Source of the DNA: an uncultured archaeon
Lineage (GTDB): Archaea > Asgardarchaeota > Thorarchaeia > Thorarchaeales > Thorarchaeaceae
DNA: 32,325 nucleotides
Reading direction: 5' to 3'
NCBI GenBank assembly: GCA_964610875.1
Contig: CAZSWP010000042.1
Location: 1-32,325 of the forward strand
Shown in pieces: positions 9,335 through 18,467 of the stretch. Below the pieces are notes generated by a model. That model did no database searches, was not told the DNA's origin, and was given only the letters and a program-made list of their open reading frames with translations. Within the stretch, counting starts at the first letter, position 1; the number at the start of each line of letters is the position of its first letter. A program made the translations under genes and the position numbers.

Positions 9335-10107
9335 GTAACTGGAGTCAGATAGTAGGCTCAATGAAACGTTCATTGTGGGTCTTCCTCAGAGATAAGGCTG
9401 TAATAGGTTCCTCTTTTCTCATGCCCATCTTTTTCTTACTTGCACTACCCGTGATATTCTTCAATGATGTACCGAATGGAGTGCTTTCAAGTCTGAAGGT
9501 GTACTTGGTGATTGCAATGATTGTTCTCTTAATCATGACAACCGGTATGAGCAATCTTGCAGGATCGATTGCTGCAGACAGAGGAAATGAACTCTATTCG
9601 AAACTGTCTTCAATGCCTGTTAATCCATTCTGTGAATTGATAGGACGCATCTTGACCGTTATTGTCTTCTCATCAATTGGAAGCGTCATGCTAATCACAC
9701 TTGGAATTCTCTATGGAACACAAACGACCTTTGTCTTAGTAGACATGCTCTTATCAATCGGGATAGGATTTCTGATAGTTATATCTTCAGTTGGCATCGG
9801 GCTAATTATTTCTAGTCTTGTAAAGACTGAGTCAGCTGCTGCTCATGTTGGAGTAGCAATAGTTATGCTCATCTACTTCATTGGTATTGCAATCCCCTAT
9901 AATGACCTGCCGTTTGAACTCCAAGCTTTTGCACGATTCAATCCAATCTCTTCAGGGAATAATATGATATCATTCCTCATCCTTGGTCAAGACTTTGTGG
10001 GATACAACCCATTAAATTTCATTGACATTGGACTGTTTGTTGTATCATGTTCTGTATTGATAATCCTGGGTATTCTGGCGTATTTCAAATCTTGTTGGCG
10101 GCAATAG
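9328..10107 (+). CDS. ABC-2 type exporter permease
   Basis: Six TM helices, ADR..L.SMPV and LP..LQ..ARFNP motifs; overlaps the ATPase stop. Confidence 0.92.
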   Translation: MLSNWSQIVGSMKRSLWVFLRDKAVIGSSFLMPIFFLLALPVIFFNDVPNGVLSSLKVYLVIAMIVLLIMTTGMSNLAGSIAADRGNELYSKLSSMPVNPFCELIGRILTVIVFSSIGSVMLITLGILYGTQTTFVLVDMLLSIGIGFLIVISSVGIGLIISSLVKTESAAAHVGVAIVMLIYFIGIAIPYNDLPFELQAFARFNPISSGNNMISFLILGQDFVGYNPLNFIDIGLFVVSCSVLIILGILAYFKSCWRQ

Positions 10108-10234
10108 TATGAAATAATGAATTGTAGGTAGTAAGATGAATACTCATTCATCAATCAGCAAGGATAGTTCCGTCATTTTTGGCAAAAGTGTCTGATATAT
10201 TTCTTCTTACTCCTACGAAGAAAGAAAGGATGAA

Positions 10235-11122
10235 TCATTTAGGTTCGAAAGCTACTTTCGAGCCTACACCTACATCTTTGAAAATGGCTTCGAAGGAATG
10301 TTTGAGAGCACAGCGTCCATTGAGACCGGTACAATGACAGGGAGCAAGCATCATTAATGGATATGACTTGAGATGGTCGACTGTTGCAGTAAGTCGTTCC
10401 TTTGATGCATCATGTAGATGGAGACCTCCAACTATCCCAATGATATCTCGAGTCCCAGTATAATCGGCAACATGTTTGCAGGTGTTGACAATTCCAGAGT
10501 GGCAACACCCTGCTAGAACGCCCACAGAACCATCAGAGAGTTCGAAGGATACAGAAATGTCATCTATGAGTTGGTCAGGAAACTCATCGCCATTCTCAAC
10601 TCGAACCATATCTTTCAACCGACCAGTGATTTTCTCAAAATCGTTGATTCGAGGTACTTCACCAGTCATTTTAATGCCAGGAGCGAGTTCGTACACTTCC
10701 TTTGTTGTAATGACCTCGGTCTTTGACCTTAGGTCTGCAACACTGAAATATCCCTGATAACCAACGTCGCGGCGTTTGTCATCATCTACGAACACTTTCG
10801 GGACCAGTGCATCGGGATGACAATAGACAGGTACTTGTTTGTCAATCTGATTCAAAACGTCCATTAGACCGCCAACATGGTCCCAATGTCCGTGACTGAG
10901 TATTATTGTATCAATTCCAGAGAGGTCCTGTTCCAGAATCCGCAAATTATGTAACAGAGCCGGTGTGCCACTTGCGGTGTCAAAGAGCATAGTATACTTT
11001 GACGAGTCATCATAGCTAGTTTCAACTAATACAGCAAACCCACCCTCACCAAGCAAACTGCCAACTGAAATATTACTGTCCGTTAAAAGCAGCATTTCGA
11101 CCTTTTCGATACTCCGAACCAC
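10235..11122 (-). CDS. MBL-fold metallo-hydrolase, COG1237 family
   Basis: LFDT, SHGHWDHVGG, TGEVPR, DD, GCCHSG, GGLHL, PCHCTG. Confidence 0.9.
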   Translation of the reverse strand: MVRSIEKVEMLLLTDSNISVGSLLGEGGFAVLVETSYDDSSKYTMLFDTASGTPALLHNLRILEQDLSGIDTIILSHGHWDHVGGLMDVLNQIDKQVPVYCHPDALVPKVFVDDDKRRDVGYQGYFSVADLRSKTEVITTKEVYELAPGIKMTGEVPRINDFEKITGRLKDMVRVENGDEFPDQLIDDISVSFELSDGSVGVLAGCCHSGIVNTCKHVADYTGTRDIIGIVGGLHLHDASKERLTATVDHLKSYPLMMLAPCHCTGLNGRCALKHSFEAIFKDVGVGSKVAFEPK

Positions 11123-11191
11123 TAAAGAACACCAATTGGATGATAGACTATCTTGGAAATAAGCCTAGTGATTTTTGTACATATTCCCGAA

Positions 11192-12625
11192 TTATCTAGA
11201 TGCCGCCTCTTTTGCTATATCTAGCGGAGGTTTCACTTCATCAGGAATTGGTACTTTATAGGCACGTCCAGCCATTCGTTCTTTGTACTCATCCTTGACT
11301 TTTTTCATAAGTTCAGGTTTCGTCATCAGGTCGATGCCAGATCCAGCAATGGTCTTCGCTGCAAAGAGTAGTGACTTGTGACCAACACTCATACCATTAA
11401 ATGATACAGCTTGCCAAGTGTGATATGGAACACCCACTGCAATAGTTGCTGTGGAGAACTCCATTGTTGGAGCGACCCAACTGACATCAGACACATCAGT
11501 AGTACCGGGCATCACATCACCATCATCCCAGGCCTCGGGTATAGTGTCATCCATTAGGACATCCATGAATTTTTCCCAATTAGGACGTTTTGTCACTCTT
11601 AGTCCAGCCATCTTGTCCTCTTTTGAAACCGTCTTTGAAATCTCCTTTACAAACTTCATCTCTTCATCGGTGTAAGTTGGAGTCCCAATCTCCTGCATGT
11701 TTGATTGAATCAGTTCACTGAGTGCTTTGTTTGGAATGATGTTGTAACATCCTTCAATGAACTCAACACGAAGTTTTGTTCGGGACATCATAGCCGCACC
11801 TTCAGCTATCTTGACTACCCAGTTATAGATGTCATCCACTTGGTCACGTTCTGGAGCTCTCACATAATACCAGCTTCGTGCATAAGCAGGAACCACGTTG
11901 GGTTGACCGCCACCCTTCTCAATCACATAATGTATCCTTGCTTCCTGAACGATATGTTCTCGCATGAAATTGATTCCAATATTCATCAACTCAATTCCAT
12001 CAAGGGCACTCCTACCGAGGTCGGGAGAAGCTGCAGCATGTGAAGTCACACCCTCAAAATGGAATTTGACAGAGTTCATTGATAATGAGGATGACAGTCC
12101 GCCATAATTGAACCATCCGGGATGATGGCTCAGTGCTACATCAACTCCATTGAAGATGCCATCTCTGACCATGAATACTTTACCACTGTAGGTCTCTTCA
12201 GCAGGACAGCCAAAGAACTTCACTGTACCTTTACTACCAGTATGCTCTAGTTCCTTTGCAATAGCAATAGCTCCTGCCATTCCAGAGGTACCATGGATAT
12301 TATGACCACACCCGTGACCAGGTGCTCCTTCTTCAATAGGTTCTTTGTACGGTAGAGCTTTCTGAGATAGTTCGGGAAGAGCGTCGTACTCGCCCATTAC
12401 ACCAATCACAGGACCACTATCCCCATAGGTTGCAACAAATGCAGTAGGCATTCCTGCCACTCCGCGTTCTAGAGAGAACCCATGTTCCCCAAGGGTGTTG
12501 GCGAGCAATTTACATGACTTAAACTCCTGAAGTCCTAGTTCGGCATAGTCCCATATTCTATCACTTACTTCGATGATTTGCTCATCATTCTTTGTTATCC
12601 AATCCCATGCTCGTTCCTTATCCAA
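11192..12625 (-). CDS. abgB: M20 amidohydrolase, p-aminobenzoyl-glutamate hydrolase subunit B-like
   Basis: GEYDALP.LSQ, GHGCGHN, GCPAEE, HAA..P..GRSALD, GGGQPNVVP, TDV.DVSWVAPT, HTWQ. Confidence 0.9.
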   Translation of the reverse strand: MDKERAWDWITKNDEQIIEVSDRIWDYAELGLQEFKSCKLLANTLGEHGFSLERGVAGMPTAFVATYGDSGPVIGVMGEYDALPELSQKALPYKEPIEEGAPGHGCGHNIHGTSGMAGAIAIAKELEHTGSKGTVKFFGCPAEETYSGKVFMVRDGIFNGVDVALSHHPGWFNYGGLSSSLSMNSVKFHFEGVTSHAAASPDLGRSALDGIELMNIGINFMREHIVQEARIHYVIEKGGGQPNVVPAYARSWYYVRAPERDQVDDIYNWVVKIAEGAAMMSRTKLRVEFIEGCYNIIPNKALSELIQSNMQEIGTPTYTDEEMKFVKEISKTVSKEDKMAGLRVTKRPNWEKFMDVLMDDTIPEAWDDGDVMPGTTDVSDVSWVAPTMEFSTATIAVGVPYHTWQAVSFNGMSVGHKSLLFAAKTIAGSGIDLMTKPELMKKVKDEYKERMAGRAYKVPIPDEVKPPLDIAKEAASR

Positions 12626-12776
12626 GGTATTTCACTCCAAATGATGTTGTCTTTTGGAAATTGGTACGATAAAAGATAGCTCATTTCCACAATCACGAGC
12701 ACCAAAGACCAGTGGTACAAATGATTAATTAACGAGCTTATGTATAGATTACATTACGACTCTGGAGGCATAAATT

Positions 12777-13088
12777 ATGAAATTTGTATTATTCTTTGAC
12801 ACTCTGGACCAAGAGGGTGCTGTTGAAAAAGTAAAGGAAATTAAGAATATGGCTGAAGAAGCTGAAAAATTAGGTCTGAAACTTACAAAAGCCCTCTCAC
12901 CGCCGTATATCTATGCAGGTGGAAAAGGTGGTTTCCAGATTCTCGAAGCTGAGAATGTAGAACAATTAATGGCGTTATCACATTATTATGCTGATACAAG
13001 TGACTTCACCTTTGTGCCTATATTAGGCATGGAGGAAGTCCTGCGGCTTCACGAACTGACAGAGAAGGCATTCAAAAGTAGCGATTGA
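12777..13088 (+). CDS. Small ferredoxin-like fold protein (DUF3303-like)
   Basis: MKFV.. start, GG.GGFQILEAE..EQL and FTFVP pattern; GGAGG RBS upstream. Confidence 0.6.
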   Translation: MKFVLFFDTLDQEGAVEKVKEIKNMAEEAEKLGLKLTKALSPPYIYAGGKGGFQILEAENVEQLMALSHYYADTSDFTFVPILGMEEVLRLHELTEKAFKSSD

Positions 13089-13164
13089 ATTCCCAATATT
13101 GGTTAGATTGAATAGGCGGTTTCATTTCCATGCGTGAAACAGTTTAGGCTCAGAGGGGATTACT

Positions 13165-13770
13165 GTGAGCAATAGAAATGAAGATTCAAAACCTGACGAA
13201 ATCCCAAGATCAATAGAATTGTTCTTCACACATGTGTCCAGAATGAGGCAACATTATGACAGATAGTTTCTAGACAATGTGAAGTTCTTCACAACTGCCT
13301 TCTTTTCAGTGAGCACGGTCTCCATTGCAGTAATTGCCCTCAGTACTACTTTACTCAGCAGTTTCATCTTTCCGGATACATGGCGGTTGATCTCGATTGT
13401 TGTAGTAGTGTTTCCAATTATTGCATTGGTAGTTACATGGGTAGGTAAGAAGAAGATTAGAGTCACGTATAGACGGGAGATGGAGGCTATTTCGACCATA
13501 GCAAAAATGGGGAAATCTCTGGGGCTTCATGAGGAGATACAAGAGGAGGAGCGACTCTTCAAGAAGGATAAATACTTCATTCCCAATCGTTTTGTTTTGG
13601 ATCCAAACAACTTTGACAGCACAGATGAATTTGTGGACCATCTATTGGAGGAGAGCATAGAAGACAGTTATTGGGTGACAACAGAGCACCTCTTCGATAT
13701 CTTCTATCTTGCCGCATTGTTTCTCATAGTTGTAGCAATTGTTCTGATATCTTTGTGGTTCATTATCTGA
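13165..13770 (+). CDS. Three-TM membrane protein; probable full-length frame is interrupted by an in-frame TAG at 13264-13266
   Basis: The ORF-track ORF 13279..13770 has three hydrophobic helices. The same frame extends back to GTG 13165 (behind GAGGGG) with a single TAG: ..SRMRQHYDR*FLDNVKFF.. Confidence 0.6.
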
Positions 13771-13788
13771 TACTTCTCTACTTTGCCA

Positions 13789-14109
13789 CTAAATTTTTCT
13801 ACAAAACGGACATGCAAGACCATCTTCAGCTTGACTGTATTCTAGTCCACACCTCGGACATTTCAGCTTGTCTGCAGCTGTTGTTTGCTCTTCTGGAGTC
13901 GGGATTGAATCGCCAGTTTTACTCCTAGGATGTATCTCATCAAGAACCACTTTCGGCTTACTCGATCTCTGAAAAGTCTGCTGATGATACAGTCTTTCTT
14001 TTTGCATCTTCCGAGGTTTTTTGTCATCCTTTTCCATTCTGTCCCAAGCCCAGAGGATCAAGACGATTATTATGAAAATAGGAAGCCATTCGATGGGAAT
14101 TCTAGCCAC
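13789..14109 (-). CDS. Single-TM protein with C-terminal zinc ribbon
   Basis: N-terminal hydrophobic helix, basic linker, CPRCG..CPFC. Confidence 0.75.
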   Translation of the reverse strand: MARIPIEWLPIFIIIVLILWAWDRMEKDDKKPRKMQKERLYHQQTFQRSSKPKVVLDEIHPRSKTGDSIPTPEEQTTAADKLKCPRCGLEYSQAEDGLACPFCRKI

Positions 14110-14314
14110 TCTAAATCACCTAAAATCATTGAGGCGTGGCCCTAATTATGGTAGAAAAGGAAATAGCTTGCCATTAGTTTATAGAGAGAACTTACTCGTA
14201 TCATTTCCGGAAAGCATTTCCTTTTCTTCCTGCTACAAGTCTCCGGCAGTGAACTCCTGTTATCAAGAGAAGAAGCTAAGAGTTTCACAAACTACAACAT
14301 AGGGAGAGGATTGT

Positions 14315-16990
14315 ATGATGACGTCTTCAAGCACTCATGTGCGTATTCTCGGTATACTTGGAATATTGATGATGAGTCTTTGTCTGCAGAGTCCTAGTCA
14401 GAATTCAGACTTGGTATCAGTCAATACTATGAGGACAACAACATTAGCATATACTGAACACGGCCCAATTGTGATTACATCTGACGGGGACTTTTCAGCA
14501 CAAGGATGGCCAGGAGAAGGCACACCAGAAAGTCCGTATCTCATTCAAGGGTTGAATATAACACATGATGGCACCTGCATAGATATCTCCCATACTCGAG
14601 CATATTTTCAAATACAAGACTGTTACATTTCGTCTCTTGATGATAAAGCTGGTCTAGGTATTAGTTTACGTCAAACAGGAAATGGTACTGTAGAAGATTG
14701 TATCATAGAGAACGGCATGGTAGGAATAGGAATGAACGATGTCGTGAATATGGGTTTCAGTGAAAACAAGGTGAGATTCACTTCGGCGAATGGAATCAAC
14801 GTCATGGATTCAAACGATTTAAGGTTTCAGAGCCTTGATGTTCATAATTGTTCAGACCTAGGAATGTATGTGCTTAATGTGGATAATTGTACAATCTACA
14901 ATTCTGAGTTCTATTATAATAATAATACAGGTTTAGAAGTCTATGAGTGTTCAAATTTCACACTTGACAACAATATTGCAGAGATGAATGGATACGATGG
15001 AATCCAAGTCTATCTCACATCAAACTGTAGTATCATCAAGAATCAGTTGATAGGTAATATGCGTAAAGGATTGTACGTTTCAGGACCTGTACCTCCAATT
15101 TCGATAACAGAGAACTACGCTGAAGGAAATGGCGAGGGAGGTTTTGTTGTTTACGATGTATACGATTGCTTCATAAAAAATAATGTGATTAAAGGAGAGT
15201 TCTTAACAAAAGATATAGTGACCATCGGCATTGAAGTACTTTATTCATCTAATTGTACAATCCTGAATAATTCACTTTCGAAACATTGGTCTGGAATCCA
15301 TTCCTATGAGTCAACAGATCTTAGACTTGTGAATAACACTTTCACCGACAATTTTCAGGGAGTCAGAACTCAAAGGACAGCAAACTGCACCATTGCGACG
15401 AATAACTTCACTGGAAATACTATGAAGTTGGGAATTAATCTCTATACTTCATTAAATTTCACAATATACAAAAACAAAATGCTCGGACAAGGATTTTCCT
15501 TTTGGGGAGAATCACCAGAAAACTTCCACCATAATCTCACTCAAAATACTGTCAATGGTAAACCGGTAGGATACTTTTGGAATGTTGCTGATACGGAAAT
15601 AGATGGTAGTCCATATGGCCAGATGCTACTCGCTAATTGTCTAAAAGTCAATATCACCGGAGGTTCATTTGAGAACACATCAATTGCCATTCAACTTGCG
15701 CATTGTAATGACTCCCGAGTCATATCAAATTCAATACAATATTCACAGAGTGGAATCTCACTCTACTATAGTAATAGATCAATCGCGTTCAATAATACAC
15801 TCCAGTATAACAACGATGGGATCATTATAACTAGATGTAATGACATGACGCTAAATGAGAACATTGTTCAGTTCTCCGAGGTAGATGGCATCAAATCTAT
15901 CTTCTGTTATAATTTAACACTTCTGCAGAATAATATCAATTGGAATGGGGATGACGGCATCCAGATTTGGAATGTGACACACAGTCATATCATTTGTAAT
16001 ACTGCATCACATAACGGTTGGGCAGGTATCTTAGTTGTACAGGATTGTTTAGACACTCTGTTCAGGGGAAATGGGATAGTGGATAATGCAAAGTATGGGA
16101 TTATGAATGAACAGTCCAAAGACTTGTGGTTTTATGAAAATAAGATCGGTTGGAACGGGGAAGCAAATGCAATTGATAATGGCCAGAATAATTTGTGGGA
16201 TGATGGAATATCTCAAGGTAACTTTTGGAGCGATTATGTTGCGTCTGGAACTTATAGTATTCCAGGTTCGGCCAGTAGTGTTGACCGCTATCCAAGCAAA
16301 CTTCTGGAATATAATTCACCTGTAATAACAAATCCTACGGATATCTCCTATGAGGCAGGTTCTCTTGGACACGTGATTACATGGCAGGCAGAGGACATTG
16401 AACCTGCGTCATATCTATTGTATCGAAATGGTTCAGAGATCGACACCGGAAAATGGAATGGTTCAGACATTCATGTTCTTGTCGATGGACTAGACCCGGG
16501 AGTGTACAACTACACAATAGTGTTCTTTGACCTGAGTAATAACTCCGCTTCAGACATCGTCTATGTCACCGTGGTTGACACTACAGCACCAACAATCTCA
16601 AGTCCCGATGATATCCAGTTTATTGAAGGTTCTACTGGAAATGTAGTGACATGGACAGTAGATGACTTCTACCCAGCTGAGTATGAAGTCTTCATTGATG
16701 ATACACTCGTAGAAGAAACGATATGGACTGGTACATCTATAGAATACACACTTGACGCATTGTCTGTGGGAGGGCACAATGTAACAATTCTCATTTATGA
16801 CACATCAGGTAACTTTGCAAGAGATTCTGTGAGTGTCACAGTTCAAGCAGCCAGTTCGACCAGTACAACATCTGGTACAACTACAACAAGTTCTTCAGAT
16901 GGTATCGAAGCGTTATTACCAGTCATCGGAGCATCTACCGTAACTGTGGTTCTTCTCATCGTTGCTATTATCATCTACAAAAGAAAATGA
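14315..16990 (+). CDS. Cell-surface right-handed beta-helix (NosD/pectin-lyase-like) protein with two Ig-like repeats and C-terminal TM anchor
   Basis: Signal peptide; HGPI.I..D.DF..QGWPG.GT..SPY.I; many N/G/I parallel beta-helix repeats; GNFWSDY..DRYP; two PxIxxPxDI Ig-like repeats; S/T linker, TM helix and KRK tail. Confidence 0.9.
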   Translation: MMTSSSTHVRILGILGILMMSLCLQSPSQNSDLVSVNTMRTTTLAYTEHGPIVITSDGDFSAQGWPGEGTPESPYLIQGLNITHDGTCIDISHTRAYFQIQDCYISSLDDKAGLGISLRQTGNGTVEDCIIENGMVGIGMNDVVNMGFSENKVRFTSANGINVMDSNDLRFQSLDVHNCSDLGMYVLNVDNCTIYNSEFYYNNNTGLEVYECSNFTLDNNIAEMNGYDGIQVYLTSNCSIIKNQLIGNMRKGLYVSGPVPPISITENYAEGNGEGGFVVYDVYDCFIKNNVIKGEFLTKDIVTIGIEVLYSSNCTILNNSLSKHWSGIHSYESTDLRLVNNTFTDNFQGVRTQRTANCTIATNNFTGNTMKLGINLYTSLNFTIYKNKMLGQGFSFWGESPENFHHNLTQNTVNGKPVGYFWNVADTEIDGSPYGQMLLANCLKVNITGGSFENTSIAIQLAHCNDSRVISNSIQYSQSGISLYYSNRSIAFNNTLQYNNDGIIITRCNDMTLNENIVQFSEVDGIKSIFCYNLTLLQNNINWNGDDGIQIWNVTHSHIICNTASHNGWAGILVVQDCLDTLFRGNGIVDNAKYGIMNEQSKDLWFYENKIGWNGEANAIDNGQNNLWDDGISQGNFWSDYVASGTYSIPGSASSVDRYPSKLLEYNSPVITNPTDISYEAGSLGHVITWQAEDIEPASYLLYRNGSEIDTGKWNGSDIHVLVDGLDPGVYNYTIVFFDLSNNSASDIVYVTVVDTTAPTISSPDDIQFIEGSTGNVVTWTVDDFYPAEYEVFIDDTLVEETIWTGTSIEYTLDALSVGGHNVTILIYDTSGNFARDSVSVTVQAASSTSTTSGTTTTSSSDGIEALLPVIGASTVTVVLLIVAIIIYKRK

Positions 16991-17198
16991 AATAATGCTG
17001 GTGTGTCACTCAAAAAAATATGAAATTGGCACACATCCCTTCCTTTTTCACTGACTCAATCTCTTATTAGGTGGTTTTGTAATCAATATTTAAGTGAAAT
17101 TGTTGTCAGATATGAAATATTGAGGGTAAAATGTAGCAACTGAAATTAACCATATCGATTAGTAGTATCTCTCAACCCACAAGCAGGAGTACATAGCA

Positions 17199-17768
17199 AT
17201 GGTGTTCAACGACATAACTACTATCCCATTTGTTCTAATGCAAATCTCAGTAGGGATACAGATACTGACAATCCTTTCGACTGCTATATCTGTTATTGTT
17301 GTCATAGTTGTAATGTATCTCATTAGAAGTGGTTCTATGAATCAAGAAAGAGTAGTACAACAGAGTTTAATCCCTAAAAACTTCAGAGAACTATTCTTTC
17401 TCACAAAAGATTGGGACTTTGATGAACACAAGACCTTACTCTCTAGTTTCTTGCTGAATGATGAGTGTGCAATCCTAGAGCTTCTCCTTACATCACTGAA
17501 GGAAGATGGCTCGACAGTCTTACACCAAGCAGAAGAAATCGAAATAGCCGGCGATGGCGGATGGAGAAATAAACATCAGATGGTTAAAGAAACCGGACTA
17601 TCAAATAGAAGAGTCTATGATAGGAATGGAATTGTCGAAAGGCTGGTGTTTCTGGGACTCGTCACAGCAAGAGATGCTCCATCCCCATGGGGACGCCAGA
17701 CCCATCAATACAGAGCCAACGTAGAGCATCCCTTAATCAAATCATTCTTCTGTGCCCTTGATAATTAG
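17199..17768 (+). CDS. N-terminally membrane-anchored putative winged-helix protein
   Basis: TM helix at about aa 15-41; C-terminal GWRNKHQMVKETGLSNRRVY (HTH-like) and GIVERLV..G..PSPWGRQTHQYR (wing-like); AGGAG RBS. Confidence 0.7.
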   Translation: MVFNDITTIPFVLMQISVGIQILTILSTAISVIVVIVVMYLIRSGSMNQERVVQQSLIPKNFRELFFLTKDWDFDEHKTLLSSFLLNDECAILELLLTSLKEDGSTVLHQAEEIEIAGDGGWRNKHQMVKETGLSNRRVYDRNGIVERLVFLGLVTARDAPSPWGRQTHQYRANVEHPLIKSFFCALDN

Positions 17769-17837
17769 AGATTCTAGCACCTGCTCTGAAACTACTCGAT
17801 CGAGATATATGAGGTTTATCCGATATTGATGGGTCTG
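17697..17837. repeat. 14-bp perfect inverted repeat reflecting the inverted gene duplication
   Basis: CAGACCCATCAATA at 17697-17710 and its reverse complement TATTGATGGGTCTG at 17824-17837; both encode QTHQY. Confidence 0.8.
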
Positions 17838-18269
17838 TTTACCCCAGTGAGATGGTGATTTTCTCATCTGCAGAATCTGTGCTTCAACCATTCTATCTAT
17901 AATCCCACCTTCTCTATAGAGGCGTTTCTGTGAAACCCCACTCAAGAGATGGATGTTGTATTTGTTCCTCCATCCAATGTCCTCAATAGAATTGCATTTG
18001 AATCTGGATCCATCGGATATGTCTTGTCTAATTGCAGCCATCATCGATTCTATAATTGCTGTTACTCTTTCTGGACAACATCTTTTGATAATTGGGAGAG
18101 AATTAATAATGCCTTTTGTTGGAGATAATATGACATTCTCGATGTATTCATGAGTACCAGTTTCTAGCACTATTCTTACCTGCCTACGGCGGATGGAGTA
18201 AACTGCATATTGTGAGGAGGACCCAGAAGAGATAGGTCCCCCCCTTCGTCCCAAATGCCCCAGTTCCAT
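17742..18269 (-). CDS. Paralogous putative winged-helix protein (5' end uncertain)
   Basis: GWRNKYNIHLLSGVSQKRLY..GIIDRMV..PSHWGKQTHQYR aligns by eye with the convergent neighbour. Confidence 0.65.
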   Translation of the reverse strand: MELGHLGRRGGPISSGSSSQYAVYSIRRRQVRIVLETGTHEYIENVILSPTKGIINSLPIIKRCCPERVTAIIESMMAAIRQDISDGSRFKCNSIEDIGWRNKYNIHLLSGVSQKRLYREGGIIDRMVEAQILQMRKSPSHWGKQTHQYRINLIYLDRVVSEQVLESLIIKGTEE

Positions 18270-18393
18270 TGAACCGTTGGAAAGTTCTTAGGCGATAAAA
18301 AGTATAGTTGTTTTTCTCCATGCTTGATGTGTAATAATAGTATCCCATTTTCTTTCTAGAGGGTTATATGTTCTTTTTTGACGAGATCGGGCG

Positions 18394-18413
18394 TGGAGAT
18401 ATGATTATCTCCA
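18394..18413. promoter_or_regulatory. Candidate operator palindrome
   Basis: TGGAGATA-tgat-TATCTCCA perfect 8-bp inverted repeat between the divergent wHTH gene and the second beta-helix gene. Confidence 0.45.
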
Positions 18414-18467
18414 TAGTCCAAAGGAGTTATCTTTTTCTTCTAATTTAAATTTGTATAGATACTGTAG

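Noticed and set aside
14204-14213. TTTCCGGAAA palindrome upstream of the first beta-helix gene
   Set aside because: A 10-bp palindrome is expected by chance in a window this size, and it is unrelated to the 18394 motif.
17697-17837. 14-bp inverted repeat as MITE/IS terminal repeats
   Set aside because: Both arms encode the same conserved QTHQY motif in convergent paralogs; there is no target duplication or transposase.
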